Shown: one piece after another, positions 11,648 through 24,384 of the stretch
Position numbering within the stretch: position 1 is the first letter of the stretch
How the letters are laid out: each line of letters opens with the position of its first letter
Assembly (NCBI GenBank): GCA_047967505.1
Contig: CM106538.1
DNA length: 64,000 bases
Strand: one strand, 5' to 3'
Source of the DNA: Dipteris shenzhenensis
Taxonomy: Eukaryota
Notes under the pieces: generated by a model
Databases searched by the model: none
The model's input: the letters and a program-made list of their open reading frames with translations, nothing else
Told to the model about the DNA's origin: nothing
Position numbers and translations under genes: made by a program

Positions 11648-11863
11648 GTAAAAGTCCTGTGTGATGCTTCCTCTATCACGGTAAAGCCGATGCCTGCATT
11701 TTTCTCTGGCCTGGGAGATGTTGAAAGTCCTATTCTATTGTGCCAAACGGAGATGTTGCCAGCAGTACTTTCTTTGTCCGATGCCACGGACGCCCTTAGA
11801 CGAGCTGTTACAGCGCTGCAATCAAATCCTCCCCGTTTAGCGAGTGGCATCTTGCGTTTTCAG
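11648..11863 (+). CDS. ICS: ICS/PHYLLO-like gene exon 2
   Basis: Acceptor TTGGCAG; ...CQTEMLPAVLSLSDATDALRRAVTALQSNPPRLASGILRFQ matches the ICS/PHYLLO NPP..SG(I/V)(L/I)R(F/L)QV region; donor GTAC. Confidence 0.85.
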
Positions 11864-12099
11864 GTACAACAAAGTGAGTCAGTAGGTAAGATCTAAATCT
11901 CGCACCAAGAACATGGGTGAATTGTTGCATTGTCGCCTGCAAATGGCATAGAAGATTCTACTACAATGGAACATGCCAGCATCACAGCTGGACGAGCGCA
12001 CAAATTCTAACGGAGCAGTAAGCAAGAATTGCGAGATAGAATAAAGCAAAATATCAGTTGCTGAAAACTACTCTGCATTTGTGGCCACCTGTCAACATT

Positions 12100-13450
12100 A
12101 CATTTGTATAAAAATGATAGCCATCCTAATAGATTTCATGGTTGAGGTGGCGGATTTTCACATTTTATGTTCAAATCACGCGTTCACCCAGAAGAAACAT
12201 GTTCTGCATATCGACCTCAGGTCATTAACATTGCCACCCTGCTTAGAATCTAGTTTATCGGAATGCTGAATACATGATCCCATACTGCGTGCCTTCAATA
12301 AAGCACAACTCTTTTTGTGGCATGCGCATGTACTCTCCTTCGATCACTGCGCTTTGTAATTGGAGTTGCAAGGTTTCGCCTTGTGCATATCATTGACCCA
12401 CGACGAGGGACTGCCCAACGCATCTCTCCCATCTTTCATTAGAGCATACATGAAAGGATTTCAATGGCATCTTTGAACTGAATGGAAAGCAAATCAGCTT
12501 GATCTCAGTGCTTGCTTTAGACCATACAATGGCTTTTACAGTCTTCCAATCCATTTGATGGATGTCATAATTTCTTATCGTGTCCCAAGCTATCGTTGAA
12601 CTTGCCGTATGCCCAAGCGTCATCATAATTGACACCTTGGCTATTTGTGAGTATATAACGATATTAGCATTTGGATGGACCCAATGTGCACAATTGGTGC
12701 TAAAAAGTGTCGTCCTAATCTTGCTGGGCATATTTTTTATCAGAGCGTAAAGAAAGTGACATCCTTTTGGTAGAAATGATGTGTAGAGGTAGAGAATTAA
12801 GGAAATTACACTTCGATTCCTTGGCATATGACTTTCCTCGTCTTAGAATGTCCCAAGACAAGATTAACCTGTTGTTCTATCCTTCAAGTAATTTACTGTA
12901 AATCAATACATCATTCAAGAATGCAACTACGAACTTTCCAAGATATGGACGTAGTAAGTCATTCCTCATCAGTTGGAAAGCTGCTAAAGCATTTGTAAGA
13001 CCAAGTGGCATTAAAGGAACTCGTAACTATTAGAACGTATCCGAAAACTAGTTTTAGGATTATGTATTTGATGATATGCTGAATGTAGATTGATTTTAGT
13101 GAAGTACGTTGTACCATGCCAAACTATCTATGTGTCACCTTAGGTGATTATAGAGATGCAAGGTTTATGGGACACTTTTAGTTGGATGATTTACTATTGC
13201 AGGTTCAACACTTGTAGCACCTATGCGGAGACGTTAGTCTAATAGGGTGAACAGATGTGCGGAATATTTGAATCACTTCTCAAAGATGTTGGGACAAATG
13301 CCTTTTACTCGTAGAGTTTTGTTACAATAGTATCAAGCACTTATCTGTCGGGATTAGCTTGTTTGAGGCAATATATGAATGCAAAGCAAGGATGCCTTCT
13401 CAGTGGTAGGCATGGTTGTGATAGTTAATCAAAGGTTAGGATGATTTGTA
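12100..13450 (-). mobile_element. Highly degenerate Gypsy pol fragment in intron 2
   Basis: Minus strand ~13020-12810 reads LMPLGLTNALAAFQ..LRPYLGKFVVAFLNDVLIYSK..YAKESKC; boundaries approximate. Confidence 0.65.
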
Positions 13451-13476
13451 GAATATGGATACTCTTTTGCAATTGG

Positions 13477-15800
13477 CTAAAAAGAACATGCAGATGCATA
13501 GGCTAGGCAAATGAACGTAGGTGATACTTGGCACCAAAGGCCAGATATAAGTGGTCGGCTCCAAGTGTGGGGGGGGGGTATGGTGAGGTCATGTATCCAT
13601 GAGACAAAATCCAATGCGCCCAGTAGGTAGTCCTCTGTGCTAGTCCTGCCTCCGTGTGGGAAGCATGTGAATCCCTCAGATGATGACCATCTCTGAAGGC
13701 CATTGTAGATGATGAGGTCGTGGACAGCTCCCAACTCAAGCAGGTGTCGCCCGTATGTTGTCACATGTGAAGTATTTGCAGAAAGTCTCTGAATCCCAAG
13801 TACTCTGGCATCATGTGGGGATCTCTCTCATATGTGAAGTCAAGTAAGCCCACTTGCATGTCCCTGGTCCTTGCATTGAAATCCCTTAGAAGGAGGGTGT
13901 CTCCCTATTTGGAGAACACTATGATATCATCATGTATCTCATAAGGGCTGCGCCCATCTGTAGTGACAATTGGGCATATGATGACGTGTGTGGAGGGAAA
14001 TAGCATAAGATCGGTCGGGCATCTAGTAGTTGCACTCGTATCCACATGTGACGTGCATGTGCCTGTCTCCTTACCACAAATATGAGTGGTCTCAAGTGTG
14101 TTTCGAAAAGGATAGCTACACCTCTAGAGCCTCGTACTCCACTATCTCTCCTCATTTCTCTCCTATGAGCAGACTCCCAGATGGACCCTGTCACTGTGGG
14201 CAGCCCTCTCTCTGGGCTCTCATGTGTCTCAGTGTAGAAGATGATGTCTCTGCCTGTGTACGTTTCCGAGAAGCCACGTGGGTCGGACCAAAGTGTACCA
14301 TTACAGTTCCATACAGCCATACTCAGCTTGTTTTGTGCACTCTTCTCCTGGCTCTGACACTGTCATAGTTCACCCTCTTCCTTCTCCCCTTCTCCCTTGT
14401 CCCCTCTGTCAACTCTTTCTCGAATAATCACTTTGCCGTCCCTGTAGGCAGCCCATTTCCCTGCATCTCTTGCTGCATACCATCCCTTCTCTCCGATGTT
14501 CCTAGTAGGCTAGGCAGGTGTAGAGAAAGTGTTCCTCTATCTCAACCACTCCCAGCGTGCATAGCATGCAGGTCCGTTGCTCTCTGGGTATACGTGTTGC
14601 TCTTCTTGTCTCAATTCGCAGCTGATGGGATGAAATCGGCATTTGCCCAATGGCGATCCTCAATGCATGTGAGACTCTTCTATCCTCGAGATACAGGGGC
14701 CTCGTGATGTATTCCTCCTCCGAAACGTTCAGGAAATGGTCGCGGTAGAATTGGGTCTTGGTGGGGAGCTCCTGATCTCCCCCCCAAGCACGAGACTTGT
14801 GGAGCTGGAGACGATCTAACTGTATGATACGGTTAACCTCATCTTGCGGGATCGACTCAGGGGGGGCATCCATACTATGCTGAAAGTGAGGGAGCCTGTC
14901 CATCTGAATTCCGTGTCTAGCAAACCATGTGGATATACGTGCATACGATGTGTCCGCCTCACTCTCAGCTAGTTGTTTGGATGACTCCAAAGCTAGCCTC
15001 GATAGTCTCCAATGAGGTAAGTCCCAGACTCTATGAATGAATGTCACTGTCTGAAAGATGGCATCAATCTGTAGTGGTGTCATGGCGAACTTTGCCTGTA
15101 CTAACTCATGCGGGACTGAGGGCTTGCTCTTAATTATCCTAGATCCCATGGTCACCTGTAGCCGCTCAAATCTCCTCCACACTGCTATCGGTAGATCACA
15201 TCCCTAGAAGAGTGCTGCGCATACATGGCAGTCGGTCGCACTAGCGTATCGAAGAGCTAGCACTTTGTTGGTGAATCCTGAAAGTGTGCCTGGAAGCATT
15301 GTCTCTCCAATCGGGCGAGAGCACCCCGTCCCCGTGTGAGTTGTGCTTGGGCTGCATGTGTCATAGTGAAAAGGGGTCCTGTGAAGAGTGCTCGCAAATA
15401 TGTGTAGGACTGCACTATCTCCACTGTTTCGTCTCGATAAGTGAAGCTGAGTCGACGAATCACTGCATGTGAGGTTTTGAAGACCATAACCTTGGTCTTC
15501 TCAAGGTTGACTGTCAGGTCTCTGTTTCTTCAGAACACCTCTAGGGCCTCGAAATGTCTGTGCAGCCCCTTCGTTGAGGATGAGATAAGGACTATGTCAT
15601 CAGCGTATAGCAATATTTGTATCATGAGATCGGCCAATAGTGATCCTTCGCCTCCTAGGCAGTCTATGAAGGAAGTGATCTCATCAATGTACAGCCCGAA
15701 GAGAGTCGGTGAGAGGGGGCAGCCCTGCTTCACTCCGATCGTACTCTTGACCCAATCCGATAGGCCACCTGGGCACGAACTTTGCCTTTGACTGACTCAT
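13477..15800 (-). mobile_element. RTEX/RTE-like LINE fragments: RT and C-terminal zinc finger, followed by an ORF1 tail and endonuclease from a second copy
   Basis: KQGCPLSPTLFGLYID/LLYADD (15530-15733); SSHQLRIET..CMLC..EEHFLYTC (14502-15182); VWNCNG..FYTETH..GVAIL (13919-14320); YGRHLLEL..FTCF (13477-13764). Confidence 0.85.
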
Positions 15801-16857
15801 ATAGGCTCCACCCCCCATACCATTGTCTTTGGAATCATGAGATTGAAACTACATTATGTTGTGTTTTTAGAGGATGAGTTTGGACATGTTCCTGGATTCA
15901 TCTAGATACATGCATTGGTCTTGCTTCTGCCTTCTGTGTCACTGGCATCATGCTGTATCATGAATATTGTTTACTCGAGAGAAAGTTATGGACTGTACTT
16001 GTTCCAAATCAATCAAGCCATCTAATACTATCTTCTGCCATCAGATTCTTCAGATATAGTCTTTTAACTAGTGTCTAGTTATCCCATGAATGCTTTGTCA
16101 CTTGTTTATATTGCCTTTCTGGGGAACAAGCTCTCTGAGTATGGCATGCATCGGCTTTGCTTCTGCCTTCTTTGTCAGGGTACCATACTGTATCATGAAC
16201 TTTGCTTACTTGGGAGAAAGATACGCACTGTACTTGTTTCAAATGAATCAAGTCATCTAAAAGGAGTTGCTGAAGTTCTCTTGACCTATTTTTGTAAAAG
16301 TTTGACTTTTATGTGCATTGCTTGAGTGCTAGAAGTACTAAGTTGTTCATTTATATGATGCACAAGTTTTTGCAGATTTCTGCCCTGTTAGGAAATGCTA
16401 AACTTATTGTCCTTATCTTTTGGGTTATGTATTTGTAGGGGATTTTGTTCATTCAAAATACTAATTTTGTTGGGAAAAATGCACGTAATGCTTTTAGTAT
16501 GACAGGCATGTAGATAATGCTTCTTGTCTTTGAAAAAGCTGCAGCATTTTCCTTTTAGATGCTTTGGTGGCTGCTAGTGTGAAATTAGAGAACACAGATT
16601 TATACCCAATTGTGGTGCGTAGGTGGACAGATTCTGCATCATATCATAATGAACATGAATCACCCATTGGTTTGCTTATTGGCATAGACTTAGATCTTAA
16701 CTATTCTGTGTATATTTTCTATATTGTTTCCTTTTTAGAAGTAAATTATTATTAGGGTTGATTTTTAATTACAGCATTTTTAAATTGCTTTGAATTACTA
16801 CATCAAAATAGTGTGGGCTGAATTCAACCATTTGACATCTCTTCTTTGGAATTGAAG

Positions 16858-16966
16858 GTCGCCCTTTCAATAGAGATAACAGCACTAACCTGGCTTCAAT
16901 CCCAGCCACAATGCTCAGAGTTGCTGCCGCGGCTCTATTTCTCCCCCCGAGGGCATCGTGGAGAAG
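16858..16966 (+). CDS. ICS: ICS/PHYLLO-like gene exon 3
   Basis: VALSIEITALTWLQSQPQCSELLPRLYFSPRGHRGE resembles ICS A.DWL.AQ...PRCFFS.R; phase 0 in, phase 1 out. Confidence 0.85.
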
Positions 16967-17094
16967 GTACACTTTTTAATCTTGTGCTGCATGAGATTTT
17001 AACTATAGGTGCTCCTTTTTACAAATTAAATTCAAGGAAGAGATAAGAGTCTGTGGTATCACTGATGGCAAAGAATGGAAGGCAGGAGCACTTT

Positions 17095-18695
17095 AGAGAG
17101 AGAGAGAAAGAAAGAAAGAAAGAAAGATATATTAACGTCCGTAGGAGGCCTCGCGGGCCTATGGAACAAAGTATAGAATCAAGTAACTCATACAAACCAC
17201 TGTGGGCCGGGGCAAAGGGCTCACTAAGGCCCTTGCTGAGTACTAAAATGCTATACTAGTACAAAATAGCAAAAAAGTAGCAAAATAGCATGAGGGTGGC
17301 ATGAAAAAATATCAAGTGCTCAGAGCTAGAGTCCCGAGTGCATGAACCGGCTCCACATATCCAGGCTCCATGGTGGCTCTCTGATGAGATGCAAAGAGCT
17401 CACGTATCTGCATCTGTCGGAATGTCTCCCGTGGTGGTGGAGGGCGTGGTCTCCTCGATCTCTGGATCCGATGGGCTATGTCAAGGGTAACGCCTGGCCT
17501 CGGTTGATCTCCCCCAAGGAGAGCTGAAATAGGTTGAACCTCGATCGTGTGTGCTCTGGTCACTTGTCGCGTCGTGTACGATCTCTGTGTCCCTCGCCTA
17601 GCAGTGCTGTGTCGGCTCTCTCTACCGATCCATATATCTCTCATGTCAGCTAGCTCCTCCTCCTTTATCCCAGAGTGCCTTGGAGCTGAGTCGAATGCAT
17701 AGAAATCCGTGACCCGTCTTTGCGCTTGGTCTACCTCAGTACCCTGTGGTGCGGTGGTCCCATCCTGCTGCTCTCTAATATGTCGTAGTAGTGTCTCCCT
17801 GTGTCGTCGCATCTCCATCAGGTAGAGCCTAATACAGACCTAGTCCTGGAAGTGGATCAGTCGTGAGAGTGGGCCAAAGCCGTGCCCCTCCTGAAGAAGG
17901 CAGTGGTAGCGCCCTCTGATCTCATAGTAGGCTGGGCAAACACACAAAAAGTGCTCCTCTGTCTCGACCGCCCCCATCGTGCAAATCTTGCAAGTCCGCT
18001 GCTCTCTGGTTATGCGTGTAGCTCTCCCTGCCTCGATCTTGAGCTGATGGGACGAGACCCGCATCTGTCCGATGGCAATCCTCAGTGCGTGTGAGACTCC
18101 TCTGTCCTTGAGATACTGAGGTCTGATGATGAGCCTATCCTCCGATACTCTCAAAAAGTGGTCATAGTAGAGCTGGGTCTTGGTGGGGAACTCCTGGTCC
18201 CCCTCCCAAGTGCGAGATGTGTGGAGCTGGAGGAGATCTAACTGTATGATACGGCTAATCTCATCCCGTGGGATCAACTCGGGCGGTGCATACATGCTAT
18301 ACTGAAACGGGGGAAGCTGATCCATCTGGATGCCGTGACTGGCAAACCATGCGGTGATGTGTGCAAACCATGTTGTACCTACCCCACTCTTTGCTAGTCG
18401 TATGGAGGACTCTAGTGCCAGCCTTGGAAGTGTCTCGCGAGGTAGGTCCCAAACTCTGTGGAGGAAAGTCATTGTCTGAAAAATGGCATCAACCTGGAGG
18501 GGGGTCATGGCAAACTTTGCCTGTACTATCTGATAGGGGACCGAGGGCTTACTCCGAATCATCCGAGAGCCCATAATCACTTGTAGGCGCTCAAATCTCC
18601 TCCATTCTGCTGTTGAAATATTACACCCCCAAAAAGGCGCCGCATACATGACAGTCGGCCTCACTAGAGTGTTGAAAAGCCGACACTTAATGTGA
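17095..18695 (-). mobile_element. 3' portion of an RTEX-like LINE with microsatellite tail
   Basis: LFNTLVRPTVMYAA, SSHQLKIEAGR..CKIC..ETEEHFLCVCPAY; ends in a minus-strand (TTTC)n/(TC)n tail at ~17127-17095. Confidence 0.85.
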
Positions 18696-21600
18696 GCCCC
18701 TGCTGCAATGCAAAATAAATCCAAGGCTGTCCTGAAAGAGGTGAGTGTCTATGGAGTGGCATCCAAAAGAATAGCTATGTCATCTGCCAGCTCACTGTCC
18801 AGCAACTCCTCTTCCTGTCTCAATGGAAGTCTCAGCCCAAAAATATTAGCTTGAGCTCTAATATAGAGGCTCATAGCTTCAGCCACAAATAAGAATAGAA
18901 AGGGGGCTAGAGGGCAACCGTGTCGGACTGATCTAGACATCTGAAACCTGTCTCCCCTGACTCCACCAATCAGTACCTGGCTATCGGCTGACCTCTAAAG
19001 AGCAGAAACCCCTCTAATCCACAAATCTGAAAATCCAAATCGAAGAAGGGTTCCCTCTAGAAAACCCCAATCTACCTTGTCATATGCTTTTTCGAAATCC
19101 AGGAGTAGAATTGCCAGTCTATGGCCCTCATGCATAGCCCGCTCAGAAGCCTCCCAAAATGAGAATATGTTATAAAAAATGCTTCTGCTATGGACAAAGC
19201 CTGTCTGTGTGTCATGTATAAGATCTGGTAGGATGGGCTGCAATCGCAGGCTGATGGCTTTTGCCAAGATCTTATACAAAGTGCCCAGTAAGGTGATCGG
19301 TCTCCACTGAGACACTAAATTTCTGCAACCTCCTTTTGGGATAAGATGAATGAGACCCTCCGAGAGAGAGTCCGGCATCTCACCCGAGTCCCAAATGCCT
19401 TGCAGGGCTGAGGTGATGTAATCCCCAATCTGATCCCAAAAAATAATAAAAAAAGGTGTAAGCCCATCTGACCTTGGACAACTACCCTTATGAAGGGCAG
19501 TAAGAGCGGTCTTGAACTCTATGTTGGTGAAGCGTGCATCAAGTGAGGCTCTCATACCTCTATCCACCAACATAGGAATATGCTGCCAAATAACTTGTCT
19601 AGCATCATCTCTAGCCTGTGAATCAGGATCTATAGTCAGAAGGGAGGCATAGTAATCTGAAGCAATCTGCATGACGGCATCTGGATGTGTCAGAAGTATC
19701 CCGTCTGAGTCAACAAGCTGCGAAACACTCTCTACTATGTCTAGGGCCGAGAGTAGAGAAGAACTGCTTGCTGACTCTACCTCCGATCTGCGTCCAGAAA
19801 GACTCTCTGGCGTGAAAGGCATACTCTGTTCTCTGATCTAAAAGTGTCTGCTGATGAGCCCTTGCTGTAGCAAGGCGCTCCTGAATCCAAGCATCTGTAG
19901 GCCGTTTCTGCTCTTCTCTCTGAAGAGCTGCCAGCTGCTGTCGAATGGCAATCTCTCTCCTGTGAATCTCCTCTCTCCAAATACTAGCAACAGAATGATA
20001 AAAGCTGCTAATATTAGTGAGGGCTGCTACCACATCTGATGGGGACGGCTGCCCACCCTGCAAGTGAGAATCCCAAATCTGTAGCACTGCCTCTGTGAGG
20101 TCCTCCTCTGTGTAGAGGGCATCTGGAATCTTGATACTGGCAGAACGGCCTCTCGCCCGAGGCTCTGAAACCACCAAAAAAACCAAAAAATGATATGAAG
20201 TGGACACCCTTGCGCTGATGCATACTGTCCCACCTCTATCCAATACCCAATCATCCACATAAAATTTGTCAATCGGTGCATGGATAGGCATCCTTACTCT
20301 CCTGTTTGACCAAGAAAACAGAAGAGACTGTGGTTGAGTGTGAAAAGCATCGTCATACCAAATATCTCTGCCACTGAACTGAAAAAGGAAGGCATCCCAT
20401 GCTGCTCTCTCCAGGGAGTGAATGCCACCTTCCTTACCCCCTCTTTTGTCTGAAGGCATTTCAACCATGTTGAAATCGCCCCCAATAATCCAAGAATCTG
20501 CAATATGTGACCAAGAGAGCAACTCCTTCCAAAGGAGGACACGATCCCCTCTCAAGTTGGGTGCATAAAGGTTAAGGAAGCCAACCTTACGTCCACCAAT
20601 CATCAAAATAACCCATTGTGCTCTAGAGGGGACTATGACTCTGTGTCCAATGACCAAGGGGAGCATCGAAGAAGAGATAGAAATGCAAATACCTCCCCTA
20701 GTGCCCAAGGCAGGTGACCAAAAAGTATGGCAAAAAAGAAGCTTACCTGACTTGGCACAATATCTACCATCCAGCTTATGCTCTTGGAGCATAAGGATAT
20801 CAATGGGACCACCTGAAATACCTGGATGGAGTTGGTTACGAATCAGCTGCCTACGGCAGCAATGAGATATACCACCGAGGCCTTGAATGTTCCAACTAAC
20901 AATCCTCATCGACGGGAGGAGGAGGCCGGGTGAAAGGTCCTACCTGACTTGGTGGTGGAGAAAATCCTCTCCTGTGAAAGAGTCCTCTTGTCAAGTGGAG
21001 GGAAATTAACTGGTGAAAGAAAACCCACTCCAGCAGAGGTGGAAACCCCGTCCAACGGAATCCCAATAACTGGCTCCCCTAGGGTAGAGGGTACAAACTC
21101 CTCTGTCTCAAACTCTGCCAAATTTGCCAGTACTGCAAAAGAGTTCCTATAGGCGGGAACTAGCATCGGAGTGCGAAGAATCCCTGCACCCGAGGGAGAA
21201 GGAGAAAAAACCCCGCTACCTCTATCAAGAGGTGAGGTGTGACTAACAGAGGGAGGGGGCTGATCAAGCACATCGATGATAGGACTTGAAGAAATGGGTT
21301 GGCCCTCTTGATGAGCAGGAGCGGGGACTAGGGCAACCACATCTACGCCTGCAGTAATATCACCTGCCTGTAACTGAGAATGGTCTGAGGTGCCTCGTAG
21401 AGGTGGCAGAGTGTCAACAACCCTCATAGGCCTCCAACGGGGTACTAATCGTACTATGTGTGCTGAAGAAGAGGCTCCATGTCTAGAGATTGGTCACGAA
21501 GGTCCTGGGCGAGAAGGGGGGGCTCTGGTAGCGCATGTAGAAGAAGTAGGACGAGAAGGAGAATAAACCGTTTGGGCCTTTCCTTCTTCCTTGGGCAATT

Positions 21601-23160
21601 CCTGGTGAAGTGCCCAAGGGTCGTGCAAATCCTGCACTGATCCTATCTCCCAACAATCTCGATTCTCTATCCAAAAAAGGAACCATCTGGTCGTTGAAGC
21701 ATAATGTGATCATCTGCAATATCATGGTTAGAGACGATGACCCTGACTCGTGGCACCCCATCCGATCTGATAGCCTCTGCCAATGAAGAGGGCATGCCAG
21801 GGAGGGCAGGGATCTCTATGACCAACCCAAAAGTAGCTCCTATGGACGGTAAGAGTCGATGGTAGACCTGAGGAAGGCCGGGGAACCTGATGAAAAGTGA
21901 GGTAACCCTACTATCTTCCTCTCCAGGATTGAAACCCAAAGTGAAGGGTGTCGAAAAGATCCTCCTAGAGCTCAATGTCAAAGGACTAGCCCTGAGTACT
22001 GAACTTGCTGACTCTGGAGAATCAAATACCACCTGGAAGAACCCTCGTCCAAGCAGACAAACATCGGTGAGGTGCCCTGCGAGGTCTCCAGGTAAAGCCG
22101 AAAGCATCCAATACCTAGCTTGTAGGTGGAGGGGTGGGAACCGTGGATGCGAGCAAAGAGTGAGGTGGCATACTCTTGCTCTGAGTCTGTCTTGAGCTGC
22201 TGAAGCTTGTCTTTGGAAAAGGTAACTGTTTTTGCGGCCGGTGGAAGCGGTCAAGGATTGGCTGAATGGGAACCCATTCGTCAATCAAGGTGGAAGGGCC
22301 GACACGAACACGAGGATGCTCTGTCCGTTCGACAACCTGCGACCAGAGAGAGAAAATCTCTCTCTTGTTCCGTCAGGGGTTGAAGAGGGGGGAGGGGGAG
22401 AGAGGGAGGTGGTGATGCAGAGGCAGGGGCAAGGGCAGGGGCAGGGGCAGAAGGAGGGGAAGGGAGGTGGGGTAGGAGGAGCGGGGGGTAGAGGGAGAAG
22501 GGGGAGAGGAAGGAGGGGCAGCGGGGGGGTTGGGAGAGGAGGGGAGAGGGCAGCGGGGTAGGAGGTAGAGGCGGGTAGGGGGAGCGGGGTAGGGGGAGCA
22601 GGGGGTAAGGAGGGAAGGGCAGCGGGGGGGTAGGGAGAGGCGGGGTGAGCAGCAAGGGAGAGGGGAAAGGAGCGGGGTAGGGAGGGGGAGCTAGCAGGGT
22701 AGGGAGGGAGAGGTAGAGGAAAAGGGAGGGGGAGCTAGCGGGGTAGGGAGAGAGGGAGGGGGGTAAGGAGGGAGAGAGGGAGGGGGTAGGGAGGGGGAGG
22801 TAGCAGGGCAGGGAGGGAGGGTAGCGGGAGAGGCAGTGAGGGGGGACAGCAGCGGGAGAGGGAGGGAAGGGAGCGGGAGAGGGAAGGGAGAGGGAGAGGC
22901 AGCAGCGGGAGGAGGGGGCAGCAGCCCGGGAGGAGGGGCTGGCAGGGAGAGGAGGGAGGGGAGAGGGGTGCGACGGAGGGCAGCAGGGAGAAGCAGGACG
23001 GGGAGCTCAGCAGCTGCTAGCCAGCCAGCATTAAATGATCCGCACAGCAGCAGAAAATCCGTACAGCCAGCATTAAATGATCCGTACAGCAGCCCTTGAG
23101 CTCTGTACAGCATGTACGGAAGCTTTAGTTTCAGTACTTGCAGTCCGTACAGCGGCACGG
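18696..23160 (-). mobile_element. Plant L1-clade LINE, 3'-truncated (ORF1 plus ORF2 endonuclease and RT)
   Basis: ORF1 remnant LLGRGFFQVVFD and knuckle CRICTTLGHFTRNCP; ORF2 MRIVSWNIQGLG, LQEHK, NLYAPN, GGDFN, WRPITLL..YKILAK, LDFEKAYDKVDW, RHGCPLAPFLF, LADD. The 5' boundary is approximate. Confidence 0.9.
22380..23010. repeat. G-rich polypurine low-complexity tract at the L1 5' region
   Basis: About 600 bp of mostly G/A with many GGG(G) runs; the minus strand reads as Pro/Leu/Ser-rich ORFs. Confidence 0.9.
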
Positions 23161-24384
23161 ACTGCCTTGGGATACGTGCAGGTCAAAGGTGCTTGAAGTC
23201 GGGCCTTGGAATGCATGAGAAATGCACGCCAGCAGGAGAAGACGTGAAATCCATACTTTAGCCTTGAAAGGAGAGGAAGGGGTAGGTGGGTATGCATGAG
23301 GGGCTGTCACGTGGCCCCCTCATTATTAAAGCTTTAGCCCTTGGTTTGCCCCTCACATTAAAATCCTAACCCTCTAAACCAATGAAACATTGGTTTCTGT
23401 TGGGCCTAACATTTTTAGACCCCTCAACCCCTAGTATTTGGGCCTATTAGGTGCACTGAAAATTGGACTAGGGACTTCTAGGAAGTGGGTGCTTCCTTTA
23501 GGCCAATCCCCTCGGCCAAAGTGACCATGGAAGTAGGCAAGGGGTTAGCTACACATGAAATTCGCATCCCCGTGACACTCTAGCATAGCTCTCCAATCAC
23601 AAGCTCGCCACCAGCTCGAAGAACACTCTCATGAGAAGTTAGAAGTCGGAAACTTTTGTTGAGAATTTGGGAGATAGAAAGGATGCGTCCCAAAACCGCC
23701 TTTGTCTTGCTACGTTCATGTTTGTATGCATGAGTGCCAAGGGTCAAGGAATACATACAACTCTAGAATCCCTACGAGGTTTACAAAAGCACCCCTATAA
23801 TCTAACAGGTCCCCATAAATTGAGTAGGGGAGATCACAAAAGAAGCTATCAAACCGAAAACAAAAACTATAGAAATATCACTATCAACCCGATAAACTAA
23901 AAGATCTTGTTCGACATACTATTGCTAGACTTAAAAGGCCTAATCTTAATCAATCACAATCACTGGCGGCGGTTCATGCTAATCCAATCCTGCAAAATGG
24001 TCTTCTTGGTCCTCACCAACAATGCAAGCTTTTGAGCTAGTATTGACTTCTCTCCCCTCTTTATACTCATTGTCAAACGCTTTCTGATAGCAGTTCTTTT
24101 CATTATGTCCTTATCGTCCACAGTAGCCACAAGCCGACAAGATTTTCAGGGATGATTCCACTCTACTATTAGACATTGACCTTGAGGAGGCAGGTATGCT
24201 ACGAGTTTCGGCTGACAGACGAGGACCGTTCACATCTTATGGGTAGGCCCTATTAGACCTCGGTAGGATGCATGATCTCCTTATTTATAATGGTCTTGAC
24301 AGATGGCCCGCTTCAGGTGGCTTCACGTGCTTTCCACATGGGGGAGGCTTCAGTGTTGTGGACTACATCATGGGATCCCCTGCC

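Noticed and set aside
15910-16260. Diverged ~115-bp direct repeat with ~236-bp period
   Set aside because: No recognisable coding motif, termini or splice-phase fit with the ICS gene; left unassigned.
22232-23158. Gly/Arg-rich and Pro-rich ORFs as extensin-like or glycine-rich host genes
   Set aside because: They are by-products of the G-rich tract at the L1 5' end.
23305-23577. TGTCACG...CGTGACA inverted ends suggesting a solo LTR or MITE
   Set aside because: The flanks (GGGGC and CTCTA) are not a target-site duplication and there is no second copy in the window.
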